DNA of 64,000 nucleotides from Octopus vulgaris (Eukaryota). Below the pieces are notes generated by a model. It saw only the letters and a list, made by a program, of their open reading frames with translations, had not been told where the DNA came from and made no database searches. The position numbers and the translations under genes were made by a program. Shown piece after piece: positions 13,504-27,438 of this stretch (positions are counted from its first letter, which is position 1; every line of letters starts with the position of its first letter). The DNA lies in assembly GCA_951406725.2 (NCBI GenBank), contig OX597818.1, forward strand, positions 61,566,001-61,630,000, in the 5' to 3' direction.

Positions 13504-14481
13504 GGTGCTAAGCCATCAGGGAATTTTGCAGATTTTGGATATGACAATGTAATCTACATATTCTTGGTATTCCAAGAGGTTATGTCCCAGCCTGCAATTT
13601 GTATTGTTTCATGACATTATTATATCTAATTAAAATACTTTACAATGGAATTAAATGTTTTGTAGAAATAATCAAATGGCACATGTGATGAATTTGCAGT
13701 ATTAAAGATTACGTATTCTTGTATAATGTTAGTGTGAGGTCAAAGTAAGTAAATCTTGGACTGGAAAAAGGAATATATAGTTTGACTTGCTGCCTAAAAC
13801 TCTCCAAGTTGTAACCATGCAAAAATTAGCTTAACATTTTCTTCCCTCAAGAAAATATTTCTTTTCTAGCTGTATCTTTGGATGTTTTAATTTCTTTCTT
13901 AATTTTAACTCCATGCTTTGTATCAATCTTGTATACAGGTTAATTACAAACTAAGCCTCAGATGAATAGACTATTTGTCCACTATGAATAATGCCTAATC
14001 TCTAAGCAGTATTGCCTAGAACCATACTTAGAACTGTGTACTGAAACGATTTAAAAATTAGTTACAGAGCAAAGTTGTTGTGAAATATGGTACAAAATTC
14101 CATATGTATAAGAACTCACTAACATTTACAAACCATAAGTATCTTTTTTTCTTTTTTTTTTCCGACACTGAAATGACATACTAACATAAGAGATTAACTG
14201 AGGTTCTGAAAATGAAGCCAGTGCTAATTAGTAAACCATTGCTTTTTCTCTAACAAATTATCAAAATGTCAGAAATGTTTTGCTACAAACTCTTTATTTA
14301 TATCACAGAGTAGCTGAGTACCTTGTGATCGAGTTGCAATGAACAAGTGAATTAATAATATATCATATTGATAGGTGAAAAAGTATTGATCCAGCTTGTA
14401 TTCTGGTGAACAAAATAAACAAAGGCCAGCAGTCTTGCAAAACTGACAGGTAAATTGACCCTTTCAAGTATTGAGATACAT

Positions 14482-14607
14482 TTAACCCTTTAGTGTTCAG
14501 ATTATTCAATCAAACATAGGTGTGACAGCCTGGATCTGGTCAGTTTGAACATAAAACAGATTAACTATTTTGGCCGGATATGGCCGGTTTAAATACTAAA
14601 GGGTTAA
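14482..14607. mobile_element. MITE family M1, internally deleted
   Basis: ttaaCCCTTTAGT...ACTAAAGGGttaa; shares both ends with 2621-2850. Confidence 0.85.
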
Positions 14608-17234
14608 GGAATAAACAAAGAATAAACTTTTAAAGGTATCACATTTTGGGAGGGGGGGGCTGAAAAAATATATGGTCTTTATTTGGTTGAAACATAATTT
14701 TAGAGAAAATGAAGAATACTAATAGCTGCTGGAAAATATATGTGACTAGATTCTACAGATTATAGCAGTCATAAATTTAGTATTCCAATATCTGAAGAAA
14801 ATAAGATTTTTAATTATGAAAAATGAAATAAAAAAAAAATATTAAATTAAAATTTAATTTTACATGAATTTCAATTATGAAATTACCAGAGATGAAATCA
14901 TATCAAATAGTCTTCTTATTTCATTACAATAAAAATATTAAAAAAAAGGAGAAAATTATTTTAATTTGACATCCAAGTTTTTAATTAATGAAAATGAGTG
15001 AATTACCAATGTGATTTGAGAGGATAGTTAGCAAAATAATAAATAGAAGCAAATTGCTATCGACATTAATTTTTTGTGCTCCACATACATAGACACAAAT
15101 TATTTATAAGATATTAGGAAAAGAAAAATTGTCAAAATCAGAGCCAATTTATCATCATAGAAAATTGTTTTTCAAAAGAAGGCAAATATAAATCACAGCT
15201 ATTAATAAAAGACAAGCAGGTAGAAAATATGCATAGGACTAGTACAGCACTTAAGGAAATCAGTACGGTATGCTTAAGGTTTTTAATAATGCTAATAGAA
15301 GATACAGGCATTCAAATATTTAAAGCTTTACAAATCAACGACATACTACTTTCTGAAATATATCCATGAATGTTAAGAAATTATGAAACTTCAGGTTTTA
15401 TTATATTCACTTCATCCATACAATAGTGTACAAGTGATCATAGAGACAGGAATTTCCAAATATAACAAACTCGTTGGATTCAGACAAATATATTCTGATC
15501 ATTGGTATCTCATCACAAGACCGAAATCTTCAGTTCAAGAAGAATCAAATTTAGCATTGCATTCCAATGAAATATTCACAATGTAACAAAGTTACCCAGA
15601 ATTTGGTTGAGGTATGTGCTTTGGCAACAGTCATCGAATAAAACTAATGACATGATACAAAGTGTAGACATCTTTAAATAACCAATACTTTGCACCTAGC
15701 ATGGTTTTAAGAATCTGACTAACATCTAATGCATTATACATCAGGCTTAACTGAGGGATAAGTCGCTCACAATGAATTTTAAAAGATTATGAAGCCTGCC
15801 CTACATGCATTTATTTTTAATTTAGATTTACATACTAATATGAAATACTGTCTGCTTCAAGTGTAATATTTTCCTATACATGAGTGAATTTAAATTAACT
15901 TAATAAATACTAACTTGGTTACAGAGTGGTTATATATGCATTTAATTCAGTTTAGATTTGGAATATTCTAAAGTTGCAAAAGAAAACTAAAAAGGAAGAT
16001 GCCTATTCTGTTCTTTGGGGGTTTTTTTTCCATCATTAATATCTTCTAATTTATAGAAGTCATATTGGATACAAAATATGCTAAAAGTCCTTTGAACATT
16101 TTGTATGTAGTTTTATTCAAAAGTCAAGAGAATGAATACTGAAGAACAATTTGAACAGAATTGAATATGTAAGGAAGGATATGAAAAGATTCAAACCTGC
16201 TATTGCTAAAACAGGTTCTAAAAGAATAACTTGTCATCAAGTAGAGGTCAAGTAGCCATGTATTCATAGGATGTCACAATTCAACAACTTAAGTAATTTA
16301 TCTGTCAAGTGGATTCATAGAATTACATACATAAACAACACACTAAACAATTAAGAGATGTTTTATTTGTTAATTTTGTTTTCTTTTTTTTTTTGTTCTC
16401 AATCTAATTTCAACTTAGCATTAAAATTCATTCATTCTACTTTTATCTCATATAAGATTTATATTTATCTTTTTCTCATCTTCATTCACAATATTACTCT
16501 ATCATCAATCAATATTTAATTTATAAATGTCAATTGCTTGAATTTTCATAATAGGTTTTTATCAATTAATTTACATAGTGGGTATGAAATTTGTGTTGTA
16601 TAACCCATTCTTTTCCTAAGTACATTTGAAGTGCGTGGCAAATTATTAGAATTGAAAACACGAATTTAGCCAAGAGTTAGCTATACAAAGAATTCACATA
16701 TTACCTAATATATAACTAATAATACTTATAGATAATTTGGCTTTTTAAAAGACACTTTTGAACACTGTAATAAAAGTGATGCTTTATTTTTTGGCAACTA
16801 CCAAATAATCATAGAAGAACTGATGCTAATTCACGTTGAAAATCTCTTAGTTCCACATAAGCAGAGACAAATAGACTTAGTCAAATCCATATCAAAGTCA
16901 ACTTTGAGATGAAAGAAACCTTGAATGTACTTTGTTCATGACAAAAGCAAATACCCAAAGGTAAAACAGAGCATGAAACAGACTGAAGAGTGATGACGGT
17001 TTGAATTTTATTGGGCTTGCTTCAAATATATTACAAAATGCCCAGGTTTCTACAATGCACTTTAAACAGAATAAATCACATCAAACATTGCATATATAAC
17101 AATGCCTTTTGTCCTTGCACCCATTAAATTATGTAGAAAAAGAATAAAAAAACAAACAAATGAAACATGGAATATCAATATCGTGAATTATACGTAAAAA
17201 GTGAAGGTATAAATTTATAAAACAAGTATGTTTA

Positions 17235-17679
17235 GGTGTAGGAGTGGCTGTGTGGTAAGTAGCTTGCTTATGAACCACATGGTTCCAGGTTCAGTCCCAC
17301 TGCATGGCACGTTGGACAAGTGTCTTCTACTATAGCCTCGGGCTGACCAAAGCCTTGTGAGTGGATTTGGTAGACGGAAACTGAAAAAATCCGTCGTATA
17401 TATGTATATATATATATATATATGCATGTATACATATATATATATGTGTGTGTGTGTATATGTTTGTGTATCTGTGTTTGCTCCCCCCCCCTCCACATCG
17501 CTTGAAAAACGATGCTGGTGTATTTACGTCCCTGTAACTTAGCGGTTTGTCAAAAGAGACTGATAGAATAAGTACTAAGCTTACAAAGAATAAGACCTGG
17601 GGTCGATTTGCTCGACTAAAGGTGGTGCTCCAGCATGGCCACAGTCAAATGACTGAAACAAGTAAAAGAGTAAAAGAGT
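17235..17679 (+). mobile_element. SINE family A
   Basis: End-to-end similarity to other copies. Confidence 0.92.
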
Positions 17680-17985
17680 ATAGGGAATATCTTAGGATTC
17701 TGCAAAGTAAGCAGATAGAATTTTAGAATCATAGCAAAAGGTACAAGATTTGATGTAGGAGATCTAATTAGCATGCTGACCATGTAAGTCATTTCATTCA
17801 GAACCAAAGAGAACTACTTGTTGGGTTTCTCTGCATTCTTTAGCCAGATTATCTCTGCTGTTCTTAAAGCAATGCCTTGCTTACAATATCTCTATATATG
17901 ATGAATCAGAAATCGGAAACAACCTACCTATCCGAATATAAACATCACGGTGGTAGGGAGTAGACAGAAGTAAGGATTCTAAAAA

Positions 17986-18218
17986 GGCGGCAAGCTGGCA
18001 GAAACGTTAGCAGGCTGGGCGAAATGCATAGTGGTATTTTGTCTGCCGCTACGTTCTGAGTTCAAATTCTGCAGAGGTCGACTTTGCCTTTCGTCCTTTC
18101 AAGGTTGATATATTAAGTACCAGTTCCGCACTGGGGTCGATATAATCGACTTTATCCATTTGTCTGTCCTTGTTTGTCCCCTCTATGTTTAGCCCCTTGT
18201 GGGCAATAAAGAAATAAG
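17986..18218 (+). mobile_element. SINE family B
   Basis: Core motif; imperfect target duplication TAA(G/A)GATTC. Confidence 0.9.
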
Positions 18219-18356
18219 AAATAAAGATTCCCTTGAAGGGAAAAAATATAGGGAAAATAAACACTACAGACTCCAAGAATTTGAACTACAACAGTCTTCT
18301 ACTGAAGAGCAGGTTTAATTTACACAAGTCCTTGAAGGCAGATTATTGCAATTGGC

Positions 18357-18581
18357 TTAACCCTTTAGCATTTAGATTGTTCTGTCAAAATTAATCCTTA
18401 TTTATTCACATTGTTTTGAATTAATCATGCATTATCTCGGAGCTTTATAATTTCAATGTAATTGTTTATTTTTTTAGTGACATGGCAAGCTAGGTGTGAG
18501 AAGCTGAGTGTGGCCAGTTTGAACATAAAACATGTAGAATATTAGGGTCTGTTAAGGCCAGTCTCCATGTTAAACATTTAA
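18357..18581. mobile_element. MITE family M1, degraded
   Basis: Starts ttaaCCCTTTAGC; internal GGCCAGTTTGAACATAAAAC shared with the 2621 copy. Confidence 0.75.
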
Positions 18582-18659
18582 ATAAGAACAAGAACTGACA
18601 GGAAAAACATCTCCCAGAAAATGCCAAATTAAAAAACGTGTACATAAAGATTATAATAG

Positions 18660-18890
18660 TCATCATCATCGTCGTTTAACGTCCACTTTCCATGCCGGCA
18701 TGGGTTGGATGGTTTGACTGAGGACTGGTGAGCCAGAAGGCTGCACCAGGCTCAATCAGATCTGGTAGAGTTTCTACAGCTGGATGCCCTTCCTAATGTC
18801 AACCAGAATGAGAGTGTAGTGTATGCTTTTACATGCCACCGACACAAGGGCCAGTCAGGCGGTTCTGGCAATGACTATGCTCGAATGTTG
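18660..18890 (-). mobile_element. (GAT)n-tailed retroposon family C, 3' part
   Basis: Reverse complement of TTAGGAAGGGCATCCAGCTGTAGAAAC...CCAACCCATGC...GTTAAACGA(GAT)n. Confidence 0.85.
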
Positions 18891-19204
18891 GTATAAGAAC
18901 AATGATTATCTGTATCAATATAGCTGTTATTGAGACAACTAGAAATATTTAAACACTTAAAGGAACAAAAAAAAAAACCCCAAAAACTTGCAAATAACCA
19001 ATATTCTCGATCTACATCATAAACAGACACAAAATAAACTTAACTGGTTATCTAAGATTCTTCAATGTAGCAATAAATGCATTTCGAAATTGTGTCTGTC
19101 TTCATCTGATGTCCCTCCAAATACATAGTAACAATTAAACCATGCATATCTTAGATATCTTACAGATGATGATGATGATGATATATACATACATACATAT
19201 ATAC

Positions 19205-20275
19205 ATATTCATACACACACACACACTACACACATGTATGTATATGTGTGTGTGACCAAATGTGTATCTGTATGACTCTATAGTAGAAGACACACTAACC
19301 AAGCCTTACAGATGGGTTGAATGTAGAACTATACGGTCGAAAAACAAACTTCTTATCCACATAGCAATATCTATGATATGTTGAAAACAAAAGCTATTCT
19401 TACAGAGGTTTGCATGAAGTAAAATAATGAAATTTAAAATTAGTTTAACACCATTCAGATACGTTTATGTTGATATACACATACATAAGCAAGACCGAAC
19501 TAGGCAGCACCTAATAAAAGAATTAGTTTGAAGACATTATTATAGAAATAAGTCCATCAAAGTTTATGTATAATTCCATAGACTAATTAGTTAAAAATCA
19601 ATTTTCTTCTGTGAGAAGTTCAGTACCAACAAATGTTTCCCGTTATATGTGTAAGAACACAACGCACACTTGTTTCCATGTCTTTCCAGAGAAATATTCA
19701 ATATAAGCATGAGATAGTCAAGTATGTTATAATCAGTTAATGTGTGAGGAAGAGGCGGGGGGTGGGTGGCGGGACAGATAATGGAGGGCATTAGAATCGT
19801 AAATGACATTATTAGTTCTTACTGTTCAAACACAGAACTGCATCAACAATACCAGATGACGAGATGAAAATAGCAATGGTAGATTTGTAATTTAATGCAA
19901 ATGCATGCACGTGTGCGCATCCACTGTTAATGAGTTGGAGCACTACGCTAGGTACAGCAATTAGGTAAGGTGAATTTCCTTAAATGCTAAGCTGAACAAT
20001 AGAAAAAGCTAAATATCCTTGCCATTTAATTGTTAAAGAGCAAGGTGAAGTTTCACATAAAATACTGGTATTAATGGAAATTTAAGAAATGCTGTAAAGG
20101 AGGAACACGAATATTGCTATGGGGTTAAAAAGTTTGTTTTTCGACCGTATAGTTCTGCATTCAACCCAACTGTAAGGCCTGGTTAGTGTGTCTTTTGCTA
20201 TAGTCATACAGATACATGTCTGGTCACACAAACACACATATACATGTGTGTGTGTGTGTGTATGAATATGTATGT
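19205..20275. repeat. Local inverted duplication (~170-bp arms, 19205-19380 and 20111-20275) of a degraded SINE A head
   Basis: Both arms share private sequence, e.g. GGGTTGAATG(T/C)AGAACTATACGGTCGAAAAACAAACTT and CATAGCAATAT, not seen in other family A copies. Confidence 0.8.
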
Positions 20276-20344
20276 ATGTGTGCATGTGTATATATATGTA
20301 TAAGTGTGTGAGTGTATGCATACACACACACACACATATATATA

Positions 20345-20468
20345 TGCCAGATCTGCCAGATCTGACTGGGCCTGATGAAGCCTTCCGGCTTCACAGACCC
20401 CAGTTGAACCGTCCAACCCATGCTAGCATGGAAAACAGACGCTAAACGATGATGATGATGATGATGAT
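20345..20468 (+). mobile_element. Retroposon family C, 3' end
   Basis: CCAACCCATGCTAGCATGGAAAA...AAACGATGATGATG. Confidence 0.85.
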
Positions 20469-20654
20469 ATATATATATATATATCAAATATAAATTAGAG
20501 ATAAGACCACTATTAGGCAACTCAAACAGTGATAGACATAAACCAAAACATAAATAACAAATAATATATATTTTTATAAAACATATAATTTATAACTAGA
20601 TCTCAAAAAGTATAAAATGAATGATAAATATAAAATATAATAAAATAATACTCC

Positions 20655-20658
<4 letters not shown>

Positions 20659-20725
<67 letters not shown>

Positions 20726-20844
20726 CTATATACATATCCAAGTACATCCCAAAGATGGAGCCTTGTATCTTTGTCGGGAATCAGCTCCTTCCTCAGCGGA
20801 AGATTAATAATAATTAAAAGTAGAAGATACATACATACATACAT

Positions 20845-20893
<49 letters not shown>

Positions 20894-20922
20894 TACACAC
20901 ACACATACACACACATACATAC
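20659..20922. repeat. (TA)n, (TACA)n and (CA)n microsatellites enclosing a ~100-bp more GC-rich insert
   Basis: Direct inspection; the insert contains hairpin CAAAGAT...ATCTTTG. Confidence 0.85.
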
Positions 20923-22232
20923 TGTATGAGTGCATTAAACAAAGATATTCAATGAAAAAAAAAGAAAAATACCATACTAAGTAGTCTTGAAGTTAATTTA
21001 AGCTGCTAAAACCTTTGAAGGTGGTGCATAAGCAATGTTGAAAGTGTAAAAAGAACAGAGAAAGAGAGGAGAAAGAGAGGAGAATATGCAAAAGAGAGAG
21101 GAGAGTGATTAGTCAATATGGCCTGCAGTTTATTCCTGAGAATTCATATGTAAGAATGAAAGGAAATAATTTCACTCTGTGTTTCCCATTACAATTCAAA
21201 TTTAAAATGAGTACTAATTTAGATAACCCATTTTTAATATGCAAAAAACCACCAGAGTTATATTAAAAATATTCTAACACTAATTACAAAACAATTATTC
21301 TATTTCATGATCATCTTCTCAGGTTATGGATTTAGCTTATCTTTCATTTCATCAATTCTTTGAAAAAAAAAATAAATAAAAATAAAATTGGCAAATTGAA
21401 CATTGCAAAAAAAAAGAATTTTAAAAAAAGAATGTGAAAATAAATCCTTGAAGACGTTGATATAATAGATTTTGCTTTTAAGCACTCATAAAAATTGAAG
21501 TAAATTGGACTTGAAGGTGACTGGACTAAATTCATGCTTCTTTCTTTGCAAAGCCAAGCACATTAACCATTCAACTAGAATGACATCATCCATGATATTT
21601 TATGGAACCTAATGCCAATATTTCAGTTTACTCGCTGGATATTTATATCATACGGTCAGAAGAAATATTTAGAACACTTTTACTTTGTTTCCAACACTTT
21701 TTCTTTTCTTTTTTTTTGCTTTTTTTACTTCTTTCCAACATTAATGTATTCTTCCTGTTTTTAGCATCGTAATTTGAAAACAAAACAGATTGTTTAGAAA
21801 GCAAAAAACAAAAAAAAAAGTAGTTGAATTTAATATTACAGTCACTAAAACTAATTTCTTAATATAGCTTGAAATATCTTCAAACCTTTTTCTGATGATG
21901 CAAAATTATCAATTTTAAATAGGGGAAGTTTTTTTCTTTACATTTTTCCCTATTTCAAACTAGACCCCCCCTACCCCCCCCCCTTCCCCGAGAATCTCAC
22001 TGCTCATTACTGCTATCTCTGACTCGTAGATTTATGGTGGATATTTAGAAAATATGGTTGCCTTTCCAGTTGTGAGTTTTGTTAGCCAGGTGCGATAATT
22101 AGTTCTTTAAGTAGAACTAGTGATATATTGAAGTAGCTTGAGTTAAGGACAGATGGAAGATGTTTAGTGAAGTGTAACCTTAATAAGAACAAGGGCAGAC
22201 TTGAAGTAGGTGAATTGTCTGATAAAAGTGCA

Positions 22233-22266
<34 letters not shown>

Positions 22267-22714
22267 ACTTTAGGTACTTCTATTTACAAAACTCTAGAAC
22301 ACATTATATTCTGGCCTTAGAATATAGATAGATCATCATCGTTCTACCAGGCACTTTCTCGTGCTCATACAGTCAAATGGAATTTGTTGAGAAAGATTTT
22401 CTACAGCCAGATGTCCTTCCTATTACCAAACAGGTTACTAATTCCCTAAGTTCAGAAATGTTTTCACAACAGACTGGAAATGAAGAACACTGCTTATGTG
22501 ACAGTGACAGCTGTTTACATGCATCACATAACAAGATAATACTAACACACACACACCCTCAACAAGCTTCTTTCAGTTTCCATATGCCAAATCCACTTAC
22601 AAGGCCTTAGTCAGCCCAGGACTATAGCAGAAGACACTTGCCCAATACGTTACACAGTGGGACTGACCATGAAACTATGTAATTGGAGAAATAACCAATT
22701 ACTGCATCATATGA

Positions 22715-23512
22715 CCTCAAGGTACTGTCACATTGCCTGCAGGACATGCAAGATAAGGTAGACCACCCGACAGGAACTTCACGGCAGGTGGGCTTGAGGA
22801 TCAGCCAGGAAAAGACAAAAGTGCAACGTATCAACAACAAGCAGGAAGAGCCAATCACAATCAAGGGGGCACCTGTGGGGGATATTAGTGAGTTTATCTA
22901 TCTTGGCAGCAAGTTCAGCAAATCAGGTGGATCAAACGAGGACATCACGGCAAGAAGCAAGAAGACTTGGCAAGCCTTCGCTACTTTTTCGCCAGTTTGG
23001 AAGTCCACTGCAATCTCAACTTGAACTAAACTCCACTTATTTAGTTCAAACGTAAAACCTGTGCTTTTTTATGGCTCTGAAACATGGAGAGCCACCTGCA
23101 GCAATTACAAGAAGATCCAGACTTTCATCAACAAATGTCTCCAGCAGATCCTCCACCTGAAGTGCCAAAACACCGACCTATGGGAAAGGTCCAACCAGGA
23201 GCCCATACATGTTCAGATTAGATGAAGGAAATGGAGATAGATCGAACACACACTATGGGAAGAACCCTCAAATGTGACATAACAAACACTTGACTGGAAC
23301 CTGCAGTGGGAAAAGGAAGTGCGGACGCCCGAAGCAGACATGGAAGCAGAGCATTTTGGACGAACTCAGGATCAGTGGCCTGACATGGGAAGCAGCCAAG
23401 AAACACGCCAATTAAAAGTAGAAGATACATACATACATACACACAAAAAGTAGAAAACAACTGTCAAGGCCCTATGCTCCACAAGGGGTCAAAAGGATTA
23501 AGAAGAAGAAGA
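22715..23512 (+). mobile_element. 5'-truncated RTE-clade LINE (RT C-terminal region, pseudogenised)
   Basis: Translates to VGLRISQEKTK, EFIYLGS, LFSSNVKPVLFYGSETW, KALCSTRGQKD*; (AAG)n tail; target duplication C(A/G)TCATATGA; stops and frameshifts. Confidence 0.92.
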
Positions 23513-24879
23513 CGTCATATGAAAACCCAAATTTTAAAAATTACTTTCAATTAGTGGTCCATAAAAGTCTTTATAAATTTCATACATTTGCTATCATTTT
23601 CTTAAAAATATAATATTCATTAAAGCTTATAACGAACTGTAAAGGAATAAATGGATTCAAAGAAAATAAGCAAATAATGTTAAGTATGAGCAAGTTTAGG
23701 AATGTATGTATGAATAGATATAATCTTGCAACCCACCCAAATGCAAATACAAACTCACAAAAGGAATGTAAAGAAAAAAAGTAAGCTGAAGAGAGAACGA
23801 AAGGGTGGATGGAATTTTTATTACAACTTTGTTTGTTTGTGTTTTTTATGCATTACATATCAAGTATATAAATACCATTATACCATTTTAATTAGTGGAT
23901 CTGGGTTTTTTTCTTCGTCCACAACAAAGAAAATCTAATTCATCAATACTAGATAAAAGACAATATTCTAAAAAATCTATAAAAATTGTCTATCAATATT
24001 CATCAAGATTAATGTTATTTTAATTGAAACTGAGGTAGCTGATGAAATCAACAACTCAAAGAACAAAACCAAAACATTATCAATTAATTCTCATTTCTTC
24101 AGATATGAAGGTCAATTAATGGTAATGCCTTAGTTCCCATCAACCAATAAACTATCTAGAAAGCAATTTCCTTATAAATTTAAAGGATAAGAATTTTAAA
24201 TGTTTATAAACTCTGCAACAGCATTAAACTAAAGATGGTGTTGATGTACACGAATCTATTTAATGGAGGAGGCAGCAATTAATCAATACAATCTCAGAAG
24301 TTGACCCCGGAATATGTCTTCTAAAAATAAATGGTCTATAAAGGAAATTATTTTCTGCATTCTACATACCATAGAAATCACAACTTTTAATGCTCTTGTA
24401 ACATCATTTAATTAGATTGTTGTTCAGGAAACCATTTTCGGTTTAGAAGTGTGACACATAATATTAAAATCATGCTTCTTGCAATAACTGATCTAACATA
24501 ATTTGAATAGAACTTTAATGAGTTTTTTTTCTTTTCCATGAGGCCATTAATTAGTTACTTATATTGTGCAGCTGAGCCCACTAAATTACTACATTATACT
24601 ATTGCCGTTTGTTTTGATAAGATACGGAGTGTCTATTAAAACATTCGCTTCCAAAATATCATTTTTTGAAGTTGTTATAGTGCAACAGAAAGAACTTAAT
24701 TTGGAAATGATAAATACAAGGACATTAAAACACTACAGTTGCTTTTGTTCTCAGAAAGTACTAATAGAATATCATAATTATATTGTTATGTAGCTGCCAC
24801 ACCAACTTTGATGGAGTCCACACTTATGATCAAAGATGTTCCAATAGTGGCCATCCTATATTCTTGTAAAGCAGTACAT

Positions 24880-25165
24880 GAGCATGATCGTTACCAGCAT
24901 TGCCTTACTGGCACCTGTGCCATGTGTAAAAGGTTTGAGCGAGGTCGTTGCCAGTACCGCCTGACTGGCCCCGTGCTGGTGGCCTGTAAAAAGCACCCAC
25001 TACACTCTCGGAGTGGTAGGCATTAGGAAGGACATCCAGCTTTAGAAACTCTGCCAGTTCAAGATTGAAGTCTAGTGCAGCCATCTGGTTCGCCAGCCCT
25101 CAGTCATTCATCCAACCCATGCTAGCATTGAAAGAGAACGTTGAATGATGATGATGATGATGATT
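24880..25165 (+). mobile_element. Retroposon family C
   Basis: Internal GTAAAAAGCACCC repeat, core motif and (GAT)n tail. Confidence 0.85.
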
Positions 25166-27420
25166 ATCTAATGAATGCTTCCTTTTCTAAGAGAGCAAGT
25201 TATGATTTCAATCAGATGTGGCTGCTATTTCTAGCAGATCAATTTGCAATGTAAAAACTCTTTCACTAGGTTGCATCATGAATTTTAATAGTGGTTAGAT
25301 GAATACAGAAATTGTTTTGATACATATAAAACCTTAAATTTCTTTTGAACTAACCTTGCTCTAAAGAAAATAGGATTTCTCATCAGGTAGGAAACATTTT
25401 TCATCAAAGTTAATTTGCAATAAAATGTAAGCTGCTTTTAAATTTCAGAATAAATTTTGAAAATTTACAGACTGGAAACTGAAGATATTTTCATGATATA
25501 AGTTTGAAAAAAAAATGTATTCTCTATAAGAATGAGTGATGTAAAAACAAAAAAAAAAAAATTACACTTCAAAAAAGTTAGCTTATATGAAAGTATTAGT
25601 TTGAAAGTGTTTCAAATTGAAGGAGAGATTTTAACATAATCAACTACTTGTAAAAAATTTTTTTCTCATTCATCTATTTCTTTGAAGTTCCACATTTATC
25701 AACAGTAACAAAATATTATGTCTGAGAGACTTATAGTTTTTCCTTTTGCAAAAAAATTAAACTTCAAAGACTGTTTTACACACATATACACACACATCTC
25801 ACACTAACAAAGCCACAACATTAATTTTGGACTGCCACTTCCTCCCTGCCTATAAACAACACACAACTAAAAACCTTTAAAATCATTACAATTACTATTC
25901 CTCACAATACCATTTGATCTCTCATGATGATCTCAGAACACTGCCGAATCCGCATCCCAAAAAAGTAGGCTTCATCTTCAAGGCCACTTAATTAATTGCT
26001 GATCATCAAAAAAAAACTGTCCAACAAAACTCGGATGAAGATGTTGCTGCAAAAACTGTCTTGAGTGTGTTCACAAGAAGGTCATTTGGCAGACTGGTAA
26101 AAATTTACCAAGACACTGTAACCACATCAGCGCTAAGACATACAATTCCTTCTCTCTGCCTCATCTGTTGTCACTACAAGAGCCTTTACTCCTCTAAGCC
26201 ACTTGTGTACCACTTCTGCCCTACCATCCTTCTTTTAGTTATGCCTACTCTATCTTATTCTAGACACTATCTATAGATTTTTCCTAGAACATTACTGCAC
26301 TTCTTAACTATATATATGCAAGGTGCAGAAGAAAAAATTATTGGATAATTTTAAAAAGTTATAAGTATACTTATAAAGAATTTACACAAAATGTGACACA
26401 GGTAGCTTGGAATTGGAATTTTCTAAAGGAAATATTGGATGTATCTAAATATGATTTCTTTATAATTTTGAAAACAAAGAAGTTTCTGAAAATATTGAAA
26501 TTCCATTTCATTTCCACTAATTTAAGCCAACTGATACTGTAAGGAATGTAGAACGAACCAATAAAATAGCAAACTATCAAGATATGCTCGTTGACATTTA
26601 GAACATGCATACAGTCAAACGCTCATTTGTTTATCTGGATATACTACATCAGATATTCACTGTTAGATTTGCCCGCCAGCCAATAGTTTAGTCTCAAATG
26701 CAGAACATATCTACTTTTTATATGATAAATTTCAATAAAAAAAAAAAGTATTCATTGTATGTTTAAAGGAATATAATCAATCATAATAAGACAACTATTT
26801 GGCAAGTACTTAACATAAATAGTACCAGTGTACTTTAAAACATGAATTCCAGTTCACTAAAAATGTCAAGTTGACATTTTAAAAAAGTCTCTTCTAAAAA
26901 GCATACACAAATAGCTGCATAATTTCATCAAGACAATTCTTTGTTATTGATATGTATTGACTAAGCACAACACCAGATTTTGCACAACAAGAATATAGTT
27001 GATTTTAATAAATCATAATTATGTTAGTAAACTATTTTGTCTAATTGGATGGTTTGAACTTGCCATGATGAAAGAAAAAAAAAAAATGTGCATAACGTTT
27101 CTTTTTTGGTTTTTGTTTTTGTCAATCTGCTTAAAAAGAAAAAAAAAAAACTATAATTGATTTTAAAAAATCTATAGCTGCTTATCAAAAGTTATGTTAA
27201 ATAGGTAGATTTCTTGCAAATTTTAAAGTAAACTATTAGTCATTGCCAGAGAAGGAAAATAAATTTTTGATAACAACTTTCAGATACAAGTATTACAAAC
27301 TGATAACCCTGCATACCGGATACTAGCAAGTTTATGAGTTCATCAGGAGAAAATGTGCAAAATTTCAGGACCTTCCTCTAAACGGCATTATTGTGCACTA
27401 TCCCTACCCCCACCACTTAC

Positions 27421-27438
27421 TGAGACGAGGAGCCCCAT
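27421..27438 (-). CDS. Candidate micro first exon MGLLVS (phase 0)
   Basis: ATG GGG CTC CTC GTC TCA|GTAAGT, upstream in-frame stop, non-repeat and locally more GC-rich context. Confidence 0.3.

Noticed and set aside
20765-20805. Minus-strand CTGAGGA followed by a GGAGC/GCTCC stem, a possible hammerhead
   Set aside because: No GAAA after the stem and no complement to the upstream CTTCCG for stem I; at most a truncated remnant.
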